DNA of 48,669 bases from Eubacteriales bacterium (GTDB lineage Bacteria > Bacillota > Clostridia > Oscillospirales > CAG-272): the NCBI GenBank assembly GCA_045588715.1, contig JAZNEQ010000023.1, forward strand, positions 1 to 48,669. The letters are read 5' to 3'. Below the pieces are notes generated by a model, which was given only the letters and a program-made list of their open reading frames with translations, was not told where the DNA came from and did no database searches. Within the stretch, counting starts at the first letter, position 1; each line of letters opens with the position of its first letter. This document shows positions 9,375 to 19,652 of the stretch, piece by piece. The position numbers were made by a program, and so were the translations under genes.

Positions 9375-9753
9375 ATCAATCCTCCACAGCTTAAGCAAAA
9401 TCAAAGAAGAGAGAGCCTGTCGCTCTCTTCCGCTGTATTATATCACACCCCAACGCTTTTGTCAAGCACCACCGTTTTCCAATCGTCTGTGCACAAGACG
9501 ACAATATTTCGTTCCTGCACTGTATTTGGTTGGAACGGTTATAATTGCCGTTTTTATACTTCTCCAATTTGTCATTATCGCCGCACACAAGGAACAAATG
9601 CGCATAGAAAGCACGGAAGCCCCGACACAGTTCGAGCAAATTCCACCGTCTCTTACAAATTGATTTTCAAAAGCGAAACGCCCAACCTTAAATACGGAGC
9701 TTGACGTTTCACTTTTGTGATTTGGCAAATATGCACAAAAAGCACGGATTCAC

Positions 9754-9782
9754 TTGACAAAATCATGTTTTTTTGTTATAAT
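9754..9782 (+). promoter_or_regulatory. sigma-A promoter of the GtrB-like gene
   Basis: TTGACA-17-TATAAT with an extended TG. Confidence 0.8.
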
Positions 9783-9825
9783 AACTGTGTTTATATCCAT
9801 TCTTTTTGTTTTGGAAAGGACCGAA

Positions 9826-10797
9826 ATGAAACTTTATCTCGTCATTCCCTGCTATAACGAAGAAGAAGTACTTCCCGAAACCGCCGCGCGTTTGGAAGAA
9901 AAGTTCCGTACGCTCACAGAAAGCGGAAAAATAAATACTGACAGCCGTATCGTGTTTGTCAACGACGGCTCCCGCGACCGCACGTGGGAGCTGATTTGTG
10001 ATCTGCACAAGCAAAACAAGCTCTTCCGCGGCATTTCTCTCTCCCGCAATCGCGGACATCAAAATGCCCTTTTGGCAGGACTTATGACCGTGAAGGATGA
10101 ATGCGACGCGGTAATCAGCATGGACGCCGATCTTCAAGACGATATCAATGCCATTGACGCAATGATCGAAAAATACAACGAGGGATACGACGTCGTTTAC
10201 GGTGTCAGAAGCTCGCGAAAAAAGGATACGCTCTTCAAGCGCGGCACCGCGCAAGCCTTTTACCGTTTGATGCGTGCCATGGGGGTGGAGAGCGTTTACA
10301 ACCACGCAGACTACAGACTCATGAGCCGCCGCGCGCTGAACGGGCTTTCTGAGTTTCGCGAGGTCAATCTCTTTTTGCGCGGCATCGTTCCCTTGGTGGG
10401 CTTTCAAAGCACGACCGTTCCCTATGAGCGCGGAGAGCGCTTTGCCGGAAGATCCAAATATCCGCTCAAAAAAATGCTTGCCTTTGCACTTGAGGGGATC
10501 ACCTCGCTTTCTATCAAGCCCATCCGTATGATCGCAACTCTGGGGCTTCTCATTTTCCTTGGCAGTATTGGCATGGCGATCTGGTCGATCGTACGCTATT
10601 TCATGGGATATACCGTCAGCGGTTGGGCATCTCTCGCCGTTTCTATCTGGGCACTGGGTGGGATCCAATTGCTCGCCATCGGTGTCATCGGAGAATATAT
10701 CGGAAAGATCTATCTTGAGACCAAGCACCGCCCCGCTTTTCTGATTTCGGAGTATCTTTGTGATGCTGAAGCCGATTTTCAGGCAAAAAAAGGATAA
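9826..10797 (+). CDS. GT2 polyprenol-phosphate glycosyltransferase (GtrB-like)
   Basis: 'VIPCYNEE', 'NDGSRD', 'SRNRGHQNA', DADLQD and two C-terminal TM helices. Confidence 0.9.
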   Translation: MKLYLVIPCYNEEEVLPETAARLEEKFRTLTESGKINTDSRIVFVNDGSRDRTWELICDLHKQNKLFRGISLSRNRGHQNALLAGLMTVKDECDAVISMDADLQDDINAIDAMIEKYNEGYDVVYGVRSSRKKDTLFKRGTAQAFYRLMRAMGVESVYNHADYRLMSRRALNGLSEFREVNLFLRGIVPLVGFQSTTVPYERGERFAGRSKYPLKKMLAFALEGITSLSIKPIRMIATLGLLIFLGSIGMAIWSIVRYFMGYTVSGWASLAVSIWALGGIQLLAIGVIGEYIGKIYLETKHRPAFLISEYLCDAEADFQAKKG

Positions 10798-10894
10798 AAT
10801 CCCCATATACGGACAAGATTCTACCGTTTCCCTATTGAAAAAAGTTTTTTCTTATGATATAATACACTGAAAGTTGATTAACCGGGAGATAGCT

Positions 10895-13405
10895 ATGAAA
10901 ATACTTGAAAATATGGATTTATGCTACGGTTGCGAAGCCTGTGCGAACGTTTGCCCAAAAAAAGCAATCAACATGGTGTCTGCCGACGACGGATTTATCT
11001 ACCCCACGGTAGACGACAGTCTTTGCATAAATTGCGGCGCTTGCCAAAGGGTGTGCCCCGCGATAAACCGTGTTTATGATAATTTCCCCTCCCCCAAGGT
11101 TTTTGCCGCAATGGCAAACGATGACGTAAGAGCAAAGAGCGCCTCCGGCGGAGTTTTTTCTCTGCTTGCGGAGTACGTGCTTGATCAAGGCGGATACGTT
11201 GTAGGTGCGGCATTCGACGACGGTTATCTTTCCGTCAGCCATATCATGATCAATTCAAAAGCCGAGCTCGATCGGCTGCGTCGTTCAAAATACATACAAA
11301 GCAGAAACGGCGACATATATAAACAGGTGAAGGAGAAGCTTGCCGAAGGGGCTTACGTCCTCTTTACGGGCACTCCTTGTCAGTGTGCAGCACTCAAGTC
11401 CTTTTTAAAAAAGCCCTACGACAAACTGATCATCGTCGATCTGATCTGTCACGGCACCCCCTCCCAAAAGGCATGGGAAGGCTTTGTCAAGGAGGTTTCC
11501 GCGGGCAAGCAGATCGCCGACGTTAACTTCAGATACAAGGGCGTGATCGGATGGTCTGCTACGACCTATCTTAAATTTGACGACGGAACCGAGTACGTCA
11601 AGCTCTTTAAAGACGACCCCTTCGAGCAGGCGGCATCAAAAAATCTCATCTCCAGAAAATCCTGTTCCTCCTGTCAATTTGCACGCGTTCCGCGTCAAGG
11701 CGACCTCACCATTGGAGATTTTTGGGGGATCAGCAAAAAGTACGATGACAGAAAAGGCACCTCGGCGATTCTTGTCAGCACCGAAAAAGGTAAACGTGTG
11801 CTTGATGATTTGAGCGCTAAGGGATCGTTCAAAACGCTTGTCGAAATACCGTTTTACGAAGCATTCGGAAAACGGAATCCCAACGTTTGCAGATTTCCTC
11901 ATGCAAGTCCGGGCAGAGCCCGTTTCTTTGAAAAACTAAACTCCGGCGCAAAATTCTCCGAGGCACTTGAGGCATCGAAGTCGGAAAAATACGATGCTGT
12001 TCTTCTCAGTATATGGTACGCCGCAAATTACGGCTCGCTTATGACGAACTTTGCGCTTTATAAAACGCTTGAGGACAAGGGACTCAACTGCATTTTCGCA
12101 GAGATCCCCGATCACCTTTGGCCTACGAGTGTCAATCACAGGCACCCGCTTTTCGTAACGCGCAGATTTGCCTACAAGCATTTTAAGCTTACCCCGAAAT
12201 ACAAAAACAGAACCGACCTAAAAAAGCTTAACGACGTTGCCGACTGTTTTATCGTCGGCTCGGACCAGATTTGGAACTATCAGCTCTGCAAGAGCGCCGA
12301 TACCTACTTTTTCCTCGATTTCGTTGAGGAACACAAGAAAAAGATCGCCTACGGCACGTCCTTCGGGCACAGTTCCTTCCGTGGCAGCGAGGAAAACAAA
12401 AAGGCTGCGGGATATTATCTAAACCGTTTTGACTTTGTGTCTGTGCGCGAGGATTATGCGGTCGATCTGTGCCAAAACGACTTTGGCGTTTCGGCACGGG
12501 AGGTTCTTGACCCCGTATTTATGTGCGACAAAAAGCACTATCTTGAGTGCATCAAGGAATCCGCCGTTGGCAAAGATCCGCCCCGGCGTGATTACGTGCT
12601 TGCCTATATTCTTGACCCCACCGAAGAAAAACAGCGCGCGATCGAGGACATGGCGGCACGTTTTGATGCCGACATCATTTGTATTCCAAACGCAAAAGTC
12701 AGCGCGGACATGAAAAAAGCATGGCGCCTCCCCATCAAGGAAAATATAGATATGGAGGACTGGCTTTGGTATTTTAAAAACGCAAAAGCGGTCGTTACAG
12801 ATTCTTTCCACGGGACCTGCTTCTCTATCATTTTTGAGCGTCCCTTCGTAGCAATCGAAAACAGGCGGCGCGGTGCGGCAAGATTTGCTTCTCTTCTTAA
12901 CAAGTTTGGTCTTGAAGACCGTCTTGTTGATTCCGCAAGCGATATTATAGGAAACGATGCGTTCCTTTCGGACGTGGATTACGCTAAGGTGAACGAAAAG
13001 CTCAACGAGCTTCGTCAAGACAGCATGGCGTGGCTTGATGCAGCACTTGCATCTTCCAAAAAGCCCACGGTATATTCTTCATACGACATAACGGACAAGA
13101 GAATAGACGCTGTAATAAAAGACGCCAACGCAAAACAAGAGGCAACCATCAAAGAGCTTGAAGCTTTAAAAAAGCTTGTAAAAGACCAAAAGACAGAGCT
13201 TGCTAACTTGAACGAACTGTATTCACAAAGTATAAAAAAGCTTGAAGAGCAGTTTGAAGAGCAGCTTGAGGAAAACAGACAAGCGCTTCTTGAGCAAAAG
13301 CTGACGGAAGAGCAACGCTGGCTTCTTCTCGCTACAGAAAAAAGAAAGGTGTTTCAAAAGTCGATCAAAAACCAATTAGAGCCACCCCCCACAGAGGGCG
13401 CATAA
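10895..13405 (+). CDS. Fusion: 2x[4Fe-4S] ferredoxin + FrhB-like domain + polysaccharide pyruvyltransferase + C-terminal coiled coil
   Basis: Two CxxCxxCxxxCP motifs; 'SASGG', 'GTPCQ', 'DLICHG', 'DLTIGDFWG'; then 'NYGS', 'VGSDQIWN', 'SVRE', 'LDPV', 'TDSFHG'; promoter TTGAAA-17-TATAAT at 10835-10863. Confidence 0.88.
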   Translation: MKILENMDLCYGCEACANVCPKKAINMVSADDGFIYPTVDDSLCINCGACQRVCPAINRVYDNFPSPKVFAAMANDDVRAKSASGGVFSLLAEYVLDQGGYVVGAAFDDGYLSVSHIMINSKAELDRLRRSKYIQSRNGDIYKQVKEKLAEGAYVLFTGTPCQCAALKSFLKKPYDKLIIVDLICHGTPSQKAWEGFVKEVSAGKQIADVNFRYKGVIGWSATTYLKFDDGTEYVKLFKDDPFEQAASKNLISRKSCSSCQFARVPRQGDLTIGDFWGISKKYDDRKGTSAILVSTEKGKRVLDDLSAKGSFKTLVEIPFYEAFGKRNPNVCRFPHASPGRARFFEKLNSGAKFSEALEASKSEKYDAVLLSIWYAANYGSLMTNFALYKTLEDKGLNCIFAEIPDHLWPTSVNHRHPLFVTRRFAYKHFKLTPKYKNRTDLKKLNDVADCFIVGSDQIWNYQLCKSADTYFFLDFVEEHKKKIAYGTSFGHSSFRGSEENKKAAGYYLNRFDFVSVREDYAVDLCQNDFGVSAREVLDPVFMCDKKHYLECIKESAVGKDPPRRDYVLAYILDPTEEKQRAIEDMAARFDADIICIPNAKVSADMKKAWRLPIKENIDMEDWLWYFKNAKAVVTDSFHGTCFSIIFERPFVAIENRRRGAARFASLLNKFGLEDRLVDSASDIIGNDAFLSDVDYAKVNEKLNELRQDSMAWLDAALASSKKPTVYSSYDITDKRIDAVIKDANAKQEATIKELEALKKLVKDQKTELANLNELYSQSIKKLEEQFEEQLEENRQALLEQKLTEEQRWLLLATEKRKVFQKSIKNQLEPPPTEGA

Positions 13406-13441
13406 CAAAAAACGCGTTATGCTTGAAAGGACGGTTTGTTT

Positions 13442-14284
13442 ATGAAAAAGCAAATAAAAATATTTATGTGCATCCACAAGCCGTTCTCCTTTGTTCCTCC
13501 CTTGGCAACGGCGGTACAGGGTGGCGCTGCCATTCATCATCGCATAGAGGGAGCAGTCGGCGATGACGGCGCAAACGGCTCAATTTCAGAAAAAAACGCC
13601 GAATATTGCGAGCTGACAGTGCAGTACTATGCATATAAAAACGAGAGCGCAGACTATTTCGGCTTTTGCCATTACAGAAGATTTTTTGGAGGTGCCAAGA
13701 AAAACGGTGCTCCCTATACGGTCATGGGAAAAATAACAGAAGAAAAAGCCGGGCGCCGGCTTCTTGGCGAAGCTGACATCACCGCGCTTTGCGATCAATA
13801 CGACGTCATTCTTCCCCGTGCCGAGGATATGGGAATAAGCGCATATCGGCAGTACGCAGGTGCCAAGCATCACCACAAGGAGGATCTGGATCTTTTCCTT
13901 TCTTTGCTGAAAGAAAAATATCCCTTCCTTGCTCCATTTGCCGACGAATATCTCTCGGGTACCAAACAGTATTTTTGTAATATGTTCATCATGAAAAAGG
14001 ATATTTTCTTGGAGTACTGCGAGCTTTTATTCCCTCTCCTTTCGGATTTTGATGAAAAAAAGACGCTTCACGAGGGGTTTGCAGACAATCGTACCGACGG
14101 ATATCTCGGAGAGAGATTTCTCGGTATCTTCATAGCATACGCAAGATCAAAGGAAAAAAAGGTATTTGAATGTAGGAGAACAGACGCGGACTGCTCTTTA
14201 AAAAAGCGCACGTCCTATTTGCTTTTCCCACCTGAAAGTAAACGAAGGATTTTTATAAAACGGCTTCTCGGTATGTCAAAATAA
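13442..14284 (+). CDS. DUF4422 family putative glycosyltransferase (often Galf-related)
   Basis: 'ISEKNAEYCELT', 'GFCHYRRFF', 'NMFIMKK', 'GYLGER'. Confidence 0.85.
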   Translation: MKKQIKIFMCIHKPFSFVPPLATAVQGGAAIHHRIEGAVGDDGANGSISEKNAEYCELTVQYYAYKNESADYFGFCHYRRFFGGAKKNGAPYTVMGKITEEKAGRRLLGEADITALCDQYDVILPRAEDMGISAYRQYAGAKHHHKEDLDLFLSLLKEKYPFLAPFADEYLSGTKQYFCNMFIMKKDIFLEYCELLFPLLSDFDEKKTLHEGFADNRTDGYLGERFLGIFIAYARSKEKKVFECRRTDADCSLKKRTSYLLFPPESKRRIFIKRLLGMSK

Positions 14285-14305
14285 TCAAAAAAAGGAATTT
14301 TCACT

Positions 14306-15493
14306 ATGAAAAAAGCGGTAATTATCGGCGGCAGCAACGGCATCGGTCTTTCCATTGCCGCAAAGCTCGTATCCGACGGCTTCCACGCACTCATCCTTGA
14401 CAAGGTTGCCCCGGAGACAGGCACACTGATGAAAGACGGCGATTACACCTATATCGCTTGTAATCTGCTAAGCGACAACGACGTCCAGCTCAAAGCTCTT
14501 GCAGACGACCCCGAGGTCTCCTGTCTTGTGATCACGGCAGGATACGGCAGAATTTGCAGCTTTGAAAATCTACACGTTGCCGAAATACGAAACATGCTTA
14601 CCGTCAACACGGTATCCGTGATCGGTGCTCTTCGTATTTTCTACGACAGATTGCTCGCCAAGGAGGGCTTTGACTGCGCGGTTATGGGCTCTATTGCAGG
14701 GCTTGTAAGCTCCCCTCTTTTCTCGGTGTATGCGGCATCCAAGGCGGCGCTTTGCAGATTTATCGAAAGCGTTAACGTAGAGCTTGAGGAAAGCGGCACG
14801 CAAAACAGAATTCTCAACGTATCCCCCGGCTCCATCAAGGGAACGCGATTTCACGGGGGAGACAACGACAGCTCGGCAACCGCATCTCTTGCCGAAGAGA
14901 TCGTTGAGAAAATGCAAAAGAAAGAGCTTCTTTTCATACCCGATTACGAAAAGACCTATAAGGGCGTGATCGAGCGTTACAACGCCGATGCACACGAATA
15001 CGGAAAGCACAGCTACCGGTACAAGATAAGCTCCGGAAGAGTTGCAAACAAGCGCGGCGTACGCGTGGGCTATCTGTCCGGAACGTTTGACCTGTTCCAC
15101 CTGGGGCATCTAAACCTTTTGAAAAGAGCGAAGGAGAAGTGCGACTATCTGATCGTAGGCGTTCATCCCGATGCAAGCCATAAGGCGAAAAAGACCTTCA
15201 TTCCTTTTGAAGAGAGAATGGCGGTGGTAGGCGGCTGCAAATACGTTGACAAGGTCGTTCCCTCCTGTCGCGAGGACAGCGATGCGTGGGATCTGCACCA
15301 CTACGACGTTTTATTCGTCGGCAGCGACTACAAGGGCACCGAGCGCTTTATCAGATACGAGGCGTATTTTAAGGACAAAGGTGTTGACATCGTTTATTTC
15401 GATTATACCAAGGGCACCTCAAGTACCATCATCAGAGAAAATATTATAAAGGAAACCCTATCAGAGATCAATAAAAAGGAGAACAACCAATGA
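14306..15493 (+). CDS. Fusion: SDR reductase + TagD-like (HxGH) cytidylyltransferase
   Basis: GGSNGIG and YAASK; then 'GTFDLFHLGHLNLL', 'FEER', 'VGSDY', 'TKGTSST'. Confidence 0.85.
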   Translation: MKKAVIIGGSNGIGLSIAAKLVSDGFHALILDKVAPETGTLMKDGDYTYIACNLLSDNDVQLKALADDPEVSCLVITAGYGRICSFENLHVAEIRNMLTVNTVSVIGALRIFYDRLLAKEGFDCAVMGSIAGLVSSPLFSVYAASKAALCRFIESVNVELEESGTQNRILNVSPGSIKGTRFHGGDNDSSATASLAEEIVEKMQKKELLFIPDYEKTYKGVIERYNADAHEYGKHSYRYKISSGRVANKRGVRVGYLSGTFDLFHLGHLNLLKRAKEKCDYLIVGVHPDASHKAKKTFIPFEERMAVVGGCKYVDKVVPSCREDSDAWDLHHYDVLFVGSDYKGTERFIRYEAYFKDKGVDIVYFDYTKGTSSTIIRENIIKETLSEINKKENNQ

Positions 15494-18492
15494 TACTTCA
15501 GGACATATTGTATCCAAACGTTGAAACCTGTGCAAGAGTTGGAATGTACTTTAAGGGTCCTTCCCTTAAAACCTTTATGGAAGAGCATTTTTGCATTATT
15601 GAAAAGGGGACGTCACTATCCTCCTTCACCTACTTTAACAGCTTTTCTATAGGAAAATGGAAAAAGTACACTCAACTTTCCAACCTTAAGCTCAGGCTCG
15701 CACTTGAGGGAGAATTTTCGATCCACGTGCGCCACGCAAGAAAGATGAATAACGAGATCAAGGACGTCATTATTGCCGAAAAAAGAGCAGTAACAAGCGG
15801 CCGCGAGGACGTAACGATCGAGGTCCCCGTAAACAACGACGTCGGTCTTTACTATTTCGTCATTAAAGCGATCTCCGACGACGCAAAGTTTTTCGGCGGC
15901 GCTTACGAAACCGACATTGACGAAAAAACGCTTCCCGACGTAAAGCTTGCGATTGGTATTTGCACCTTCAGGCGCGAAGCATACGTCGCAAGAAATATGG
16001 AGCTGTTTAACCGTCATATTCTCCAAAATCCCGCGTCCCCTATGTATGGCAAGCTTGAAATTTTCATCAGCGACAACAGCCAAACACTTGATGAGGAGCT
16101 TGCAACCGACCAAATCCACATTTTCAAAAACAAGAATCTTGGCGGTTCGGGTGGATTTACACGCTCGATGATCGAGGTCATGAAGGTAAAGGAAGAAAAA
16201 GGCTTTACCCATATCATGATGATGGACGACGACATTAGTCTGAACCCCCACTCGATCATAAGAACCTACGCACTCCTTCAGCTTTTGAAGCCCGAGCACA
16301 GAGACGCTTTTGTCGGCGGTCACATGCTTAAGATCGATGCTATGCATATTCAGTCGGAGGCGGCAGACCACTGGGATATCGTCACGCACCACCCCGTAAA
16401 ATACAACTACAACCTCGAAAAAGGGGATATGCTCATCAAAAACGAGATTGAGGACAGCGTAAACTACTTTGGATGGTGGTACTGCTGTATGCCCGTCTCT
16501 GTCCTCAACGACAACAACCTCCCCCTGCCTATATTTATTAAGAGGGACGACATCGAGTTTGGACTCAGAAACGGGAAAACCTTTATCACCCTCAACGGTA
16601 TCTGCGTATGGCATGAGCCTTTTGAATACAAATACGCTACCTACCTTGAATACTACTATTTCAGAAATATGTGTATCATGAACTCCCGCCATCGCTTAAG
16701 CTTTACCAAGGAGCGCCTGATCAGCGAGATGAAAAACAGAGTGAAGGATTTCGTTCTCAGATACAGGTTTAAGGATGCGGAGCTGAGCATGCTCGGTATC
16801 CAGCACTACCTCAACGGTATCGATTGGTTTAAAACGCTTGACGGCGAGGGGCTCAACACCGCCATTATGCAGCTTGGGTACAAAAAAGAGCCCATCGAAA
16901 ACTTTAACTACGTATTCACACACGGTGTCTACGAAAAGAATTTAAAAAAGGCGCCCCCTTCCGCAAAAGTGCGCAAAAAGCGCCGCCGTACCCTGAACGG
17001 TTGGCTTCTCAAGGCAAAGGCAAACAACGTACTGGTACCTGCATACCAGCCTCCGGTCCATCACTTTTACCGTGCGAAAAAGGTGATCAACTACGAAGAG
17101 GTGACCAACACTGCCTTTATCACCGAAAAGAGCTATTCTTCCCTGTTCTACATCCTCAAGATGTACAGAAAGACCGTGAAGATGATCAACAAAAAGTTTG
17201 ACACGGTAACAAGTGAATACCGTGACAGATACGGTGAGATCACAAATATCAACTTCTGGAACGACTATCTCTTTACACAGGGAACGGTACCCGAAATCAA
17301 ATCCGGCCTTGATAAGAAAAAGAGACCCAAGAGCACAAAAGCGCAAAGAAAAATGCTCTTCGTTTCCAGAGCGCTCAGATTGATCCAGGCGCTTCTTTTC
17401 TGGCTCCCGACCAAGAAAAATCGCGTTATGCTTTACGTGCACGGAAGAAAAGGTCTTACCTGTAACCCCAAATACATCGCAACCGAGCTTCGTCAGCGCT
17501 TTGGTGATAAGCTTGACCTGATCTGGGTAACCAGTCACCCCAACACCTGCCAAGAAGCAGAGGAGCTGGGCATCCGAGTGGTTCCTGCCAAGAGCGCCCA
17601 AGAATTTAAGCTTTATCTGCGCTGTCGCGTTTTCATCACCAACGATTCCTTCCCTGCATGGGCACTTCGAAGACCCGGTCAAAAGTGGATCAACACCTGG
17701 CACGCCGGTATGAATTATAAGCACATCGGCTACGACTACCTCCAGCCGAAGAGCCGTGCCGACGCGAAAATATTCAGAATTAAAAACCGTCAGCCAAACT
17801 TCTACCTCTCCGGTAGCCGCTTCTTTACCGAGGACACCTCAAAATCCTTCCGCTTCAACAAAAAAATATTCGTTCCGACGGGACTGGCACGCAACGACCT
17901 CTTTTTTGCAAACAAGCCCGAAATTGCAGCAAAGGTACGCACGTACTACGGAATCGACGCCGACACGAAAATGGTGATTTTTGCGCCTACCTTCCGCGTG
18001 GGAATGAACTCCAGCACCTTCGGTATGGATTTTGAAAAGGTTTGCAATGCGCTTTCCGAGCGTTTTGGCGGCAAGTGGGTCCTCCTGTTCAGAAATCACA
18101 ACTTTGTAAAAGTTAAGGGTACCTACGCCGGCACGATAGACGTTTCTGCATATCACGACATGCAAGAGCTCATGTACGCAGCCGACGTGCTGATCAGCGA
18201 TTATTCCTCTTGCCTTTACGATTTCTGCTTCTCGGGCAAGCCTGCCTTCGTTTACGCAACCGATATTGCCACCTATGCATCAAGCGACCGCTCCTTTGCA
18301 TATCCTCTTGACAAGTGGCCCTATCCCATGGCAAGCTCCAACGAAGAGCTTGTCGAAAAGATCCTTGCATTTGACGAAGAGGATTATAAAGCAAGGGTAA
18401 ACGAGCATCTTACAGACGTGGGTGCGTATGACAAGGGCGAGGCCGGGGCCGCCGTTGCCGAGATCGTTAAGAAATACTGTCTTAAAAAATAA
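15490..18492 (+). CDS. Fusion: GlfT2-like GT2 galactofuranosyltransferase + TagF-like CDP-alditol phosphotransferase
   Basis: 'NLGGSGGF', 'MMDDD', 'GWWYC', 'LPIFIKRDDIEFGLR'; then 'CNPKYI', 'NTWHAG', 'FAPTFR', 'DVLISDYSS'. Confidence 0.88.
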   Translation: MILQDILYPNVETCARVGMYFKGPSLKTFMEEHFCIIEKGTSLSSFTYFNSFSIGKWKKYTQLSNLKLRLALEGEFSIHVRHARKMNNEIKDVIIAEKRAVTSGREDVTIEVPVNNDVGLYYFVIKAISDDAKFFGGAYETDIDEKTLPDVKLAIGICTFRREAYVARNMELFNRHILQNPASPMYGKLEIFISDNSQTLDEELATDQIHIFKNKNLGGSGGFTRSMIEVMKVKEEKGFTHIMMMDDDISLNPHSIIRTYALLQLLKPEHRDAFVGGHMLKIDAMHIQSEAADHWDIVTHHPVKYNYNLEKGDMLIKNEIEDSVNYFGWWYCCMPVSVLNDNNLPLPIFIKRDDIEFGLRNGKTFITLNGICVWHEPFEYKYATYLEYYYFRNMCIMNSRHRLSFTKERLISEMKNRVKDFVLRYRFKDAELSMLGIQHYLNGIDWFKTLDGEGLNTAIMQLGYKKEPIENFNYVFTHGVYEKNLKKAPPSAKVRKKRRRTLNGWLLKAKANNVLVPAYQPPVHHFYRAKKVINYEEVTNTAFITEKSYSSLFYILKMYRKTVKMINKKFDTVTSEYRDRYGEITNINFWNDYLFTQGTVPEIKSGLDKKKRPKSTKAQRKMLFVSRALRLIQALLFWLPTKKNRVMLYVHGRKGLTCNPKYIATELRQRFGDKLDLIWVTSHPNTCQEAEELGIRVVPAKSAQEFKLYLRCRVFITNDSFPAWALRRPGQKWINTWHAGMNYKHIGYDYLQPKSRADAKIFRIKNRQPNFYLSGSRFFTEDTSKSFRFNKKIFVPTGLARNDLFFANKPEIAAKVRTYYGIDADTKMVIFAPTFRVGMNSSTFGMDFEKVCNALSERFGGKWVLLFRNHNFVKVKGTYAGTIDVSAYHDMQELMYAADVLISDYSSCLYDFCFSGKPAFVYATDIATYASSDRSFAYPLDKWPYPMASSNEELVEKILAFDEEDYKARVNEHLTDVGAYDKGEAGAAVAEIVKKYCLKK

Positions 18493-18512
18493 AATTCACG
18501 AGGCATTGATTT

Positions 18513-19619
18513 ATGAAAAAATACGATTATCTGATCGTTGGTGCCGGACTTTTCGGTGCCGTGTTCGCGTACGAAGCAACACAGCGGGGCAAAAAATGCT
18601 TGGTGATCGATAAGAGAGATCACGTCGGCGGTAATATCTACTGCGAAAAGATCGAGGATATCAACGTACACAAGTACGGTGCGCACATCTTCCACACCTC
18701 CGACCGCGCAGTTTGGGATTACGTCAATCGCTTTGCACAATTCAATCACTATATCAACTCCCCTGTGGCGATCTATCACGACGAGCTTTACAACCTCCCA
18801 TTCAACATGAACACCTTCAGCAAAATGTGGGGAGTAAAAACGCCCGACGAAGCCAAGGCAAAAATTGCGGAGCAGATCGCAGAGCTTGGCATCACCGACC
18901 CCCAAAACCTTGAGGAGCAAGCGCTCTCCTTGGTTGGAACCGACGTTTATAAAAAGCTGATCAAGGAATACACCGAAAAGCAGTGGGCAAGAGACTGCAA
19001 GGATCTTCCCTCCTTTATCATCAAGCGTCTCCCTCTCCGCTTTACCTATGATAACAACTATTTCAACGACCGTTATCAGGGAATCCCGATTGGCGGATAC
19101 ACCCCCATCATTGAAAAAATGCTGGAGGGCTCGGATATTCTGCTCAAGACAGATTATTTCGACTTCATCAAGGAAAACAAGGATGCAGCCGAAAAAACCG
19201 TCTTTACAGGACAGATCGACCGCTTCTTTGATTTCAAGCTCGGCGTATTGGAATACCGCAGTGTCAGATTTGAAACCGAGGTTCTGGACACCGAAAACTA
19301 TCAGGGCAATGCGGTAGTCAATTACACCTCGCACGAGCAGCCCTATACAAGAATCATCGAGCATAAGCATTTCGAGTTTGGAAAACAGCCCAAAACCGTT
19401 ATTTCCAAGGAGTATTCCTCCGAGTGGAAGAGCGGAGATGAGCCGTATTATCCCATCAACAACGATCGCAACAACGATTTGTATCTGCAATACAAGGCAC
19501 TGGCGGACAATACTCCCAACGTCATCTTTGGCGGCCGTCTTGGGCAGTACAAATACTACGACATGGACAAGGTCATCATCGCAGCACTTGAGGCGGTAAA
19601 AGCCGAGTTTGACAGTTGA
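18513..19619 (+). CDS. glf: UDP-galactopyranose mutase
   Basis: GAGLFG FAD motif, 'HKYGAHIFHT', 'EPYYP', 'GRLGQYKYYDMD'. Confidence 0.97.
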   Translation: MKKYDYLIVGAGLFGAVFAYEATQRGKKCLVIDKRDHVGGNIYCEKIEDINVHKYGAHIFHTSDRAVWDYVNRFAQFNHYINSPVAIYHDELYNLPFNMNTFSKMWGVKTPDEAKAKIAEQIAELGITDPQNLEEQALSLVGTDVYKKLIKEYTEKQWARDCKDLPSFIIKRLPLRFTYDNNYFNDRYQGIPIGGYTPIIEKMLEGSDILLKTDYFDFIKENKDAAEKTVFTGQIDRFFDFKLGVLEYRSVRFETEVLDTENYQGNAVVNYTSHEQPYTRIIEHKHFEFGKQPKTVISKEYSSEWKSGDEPYYPINNDRNNDLYLQYKALADNTPNVIFGGRLGQYKYYDMDKVIIAALEAVKAEFDS

Positions 19620-19652
19620 TCGATCCAATTATCAAAAATCGAGGTAACACGC

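Noticed and set aside
9466-9753. Small ORFs (9459..9704, 9462..9728) or an ncRNA/invertible promoter between the divergent promoters
   Set aside because: No SD or motifs, no flanking inverted repeats and no recombinase; only scattered GCACA words and one short palindrome.
9763-19628. Long antisense ORFs (9763..10806, 15616..16692, 18384..19628; similarly 1570..2460 and 6906..7898)
   Set aside because: They shadow well-supported genes on the opposite strand and have no recognisable motifs.
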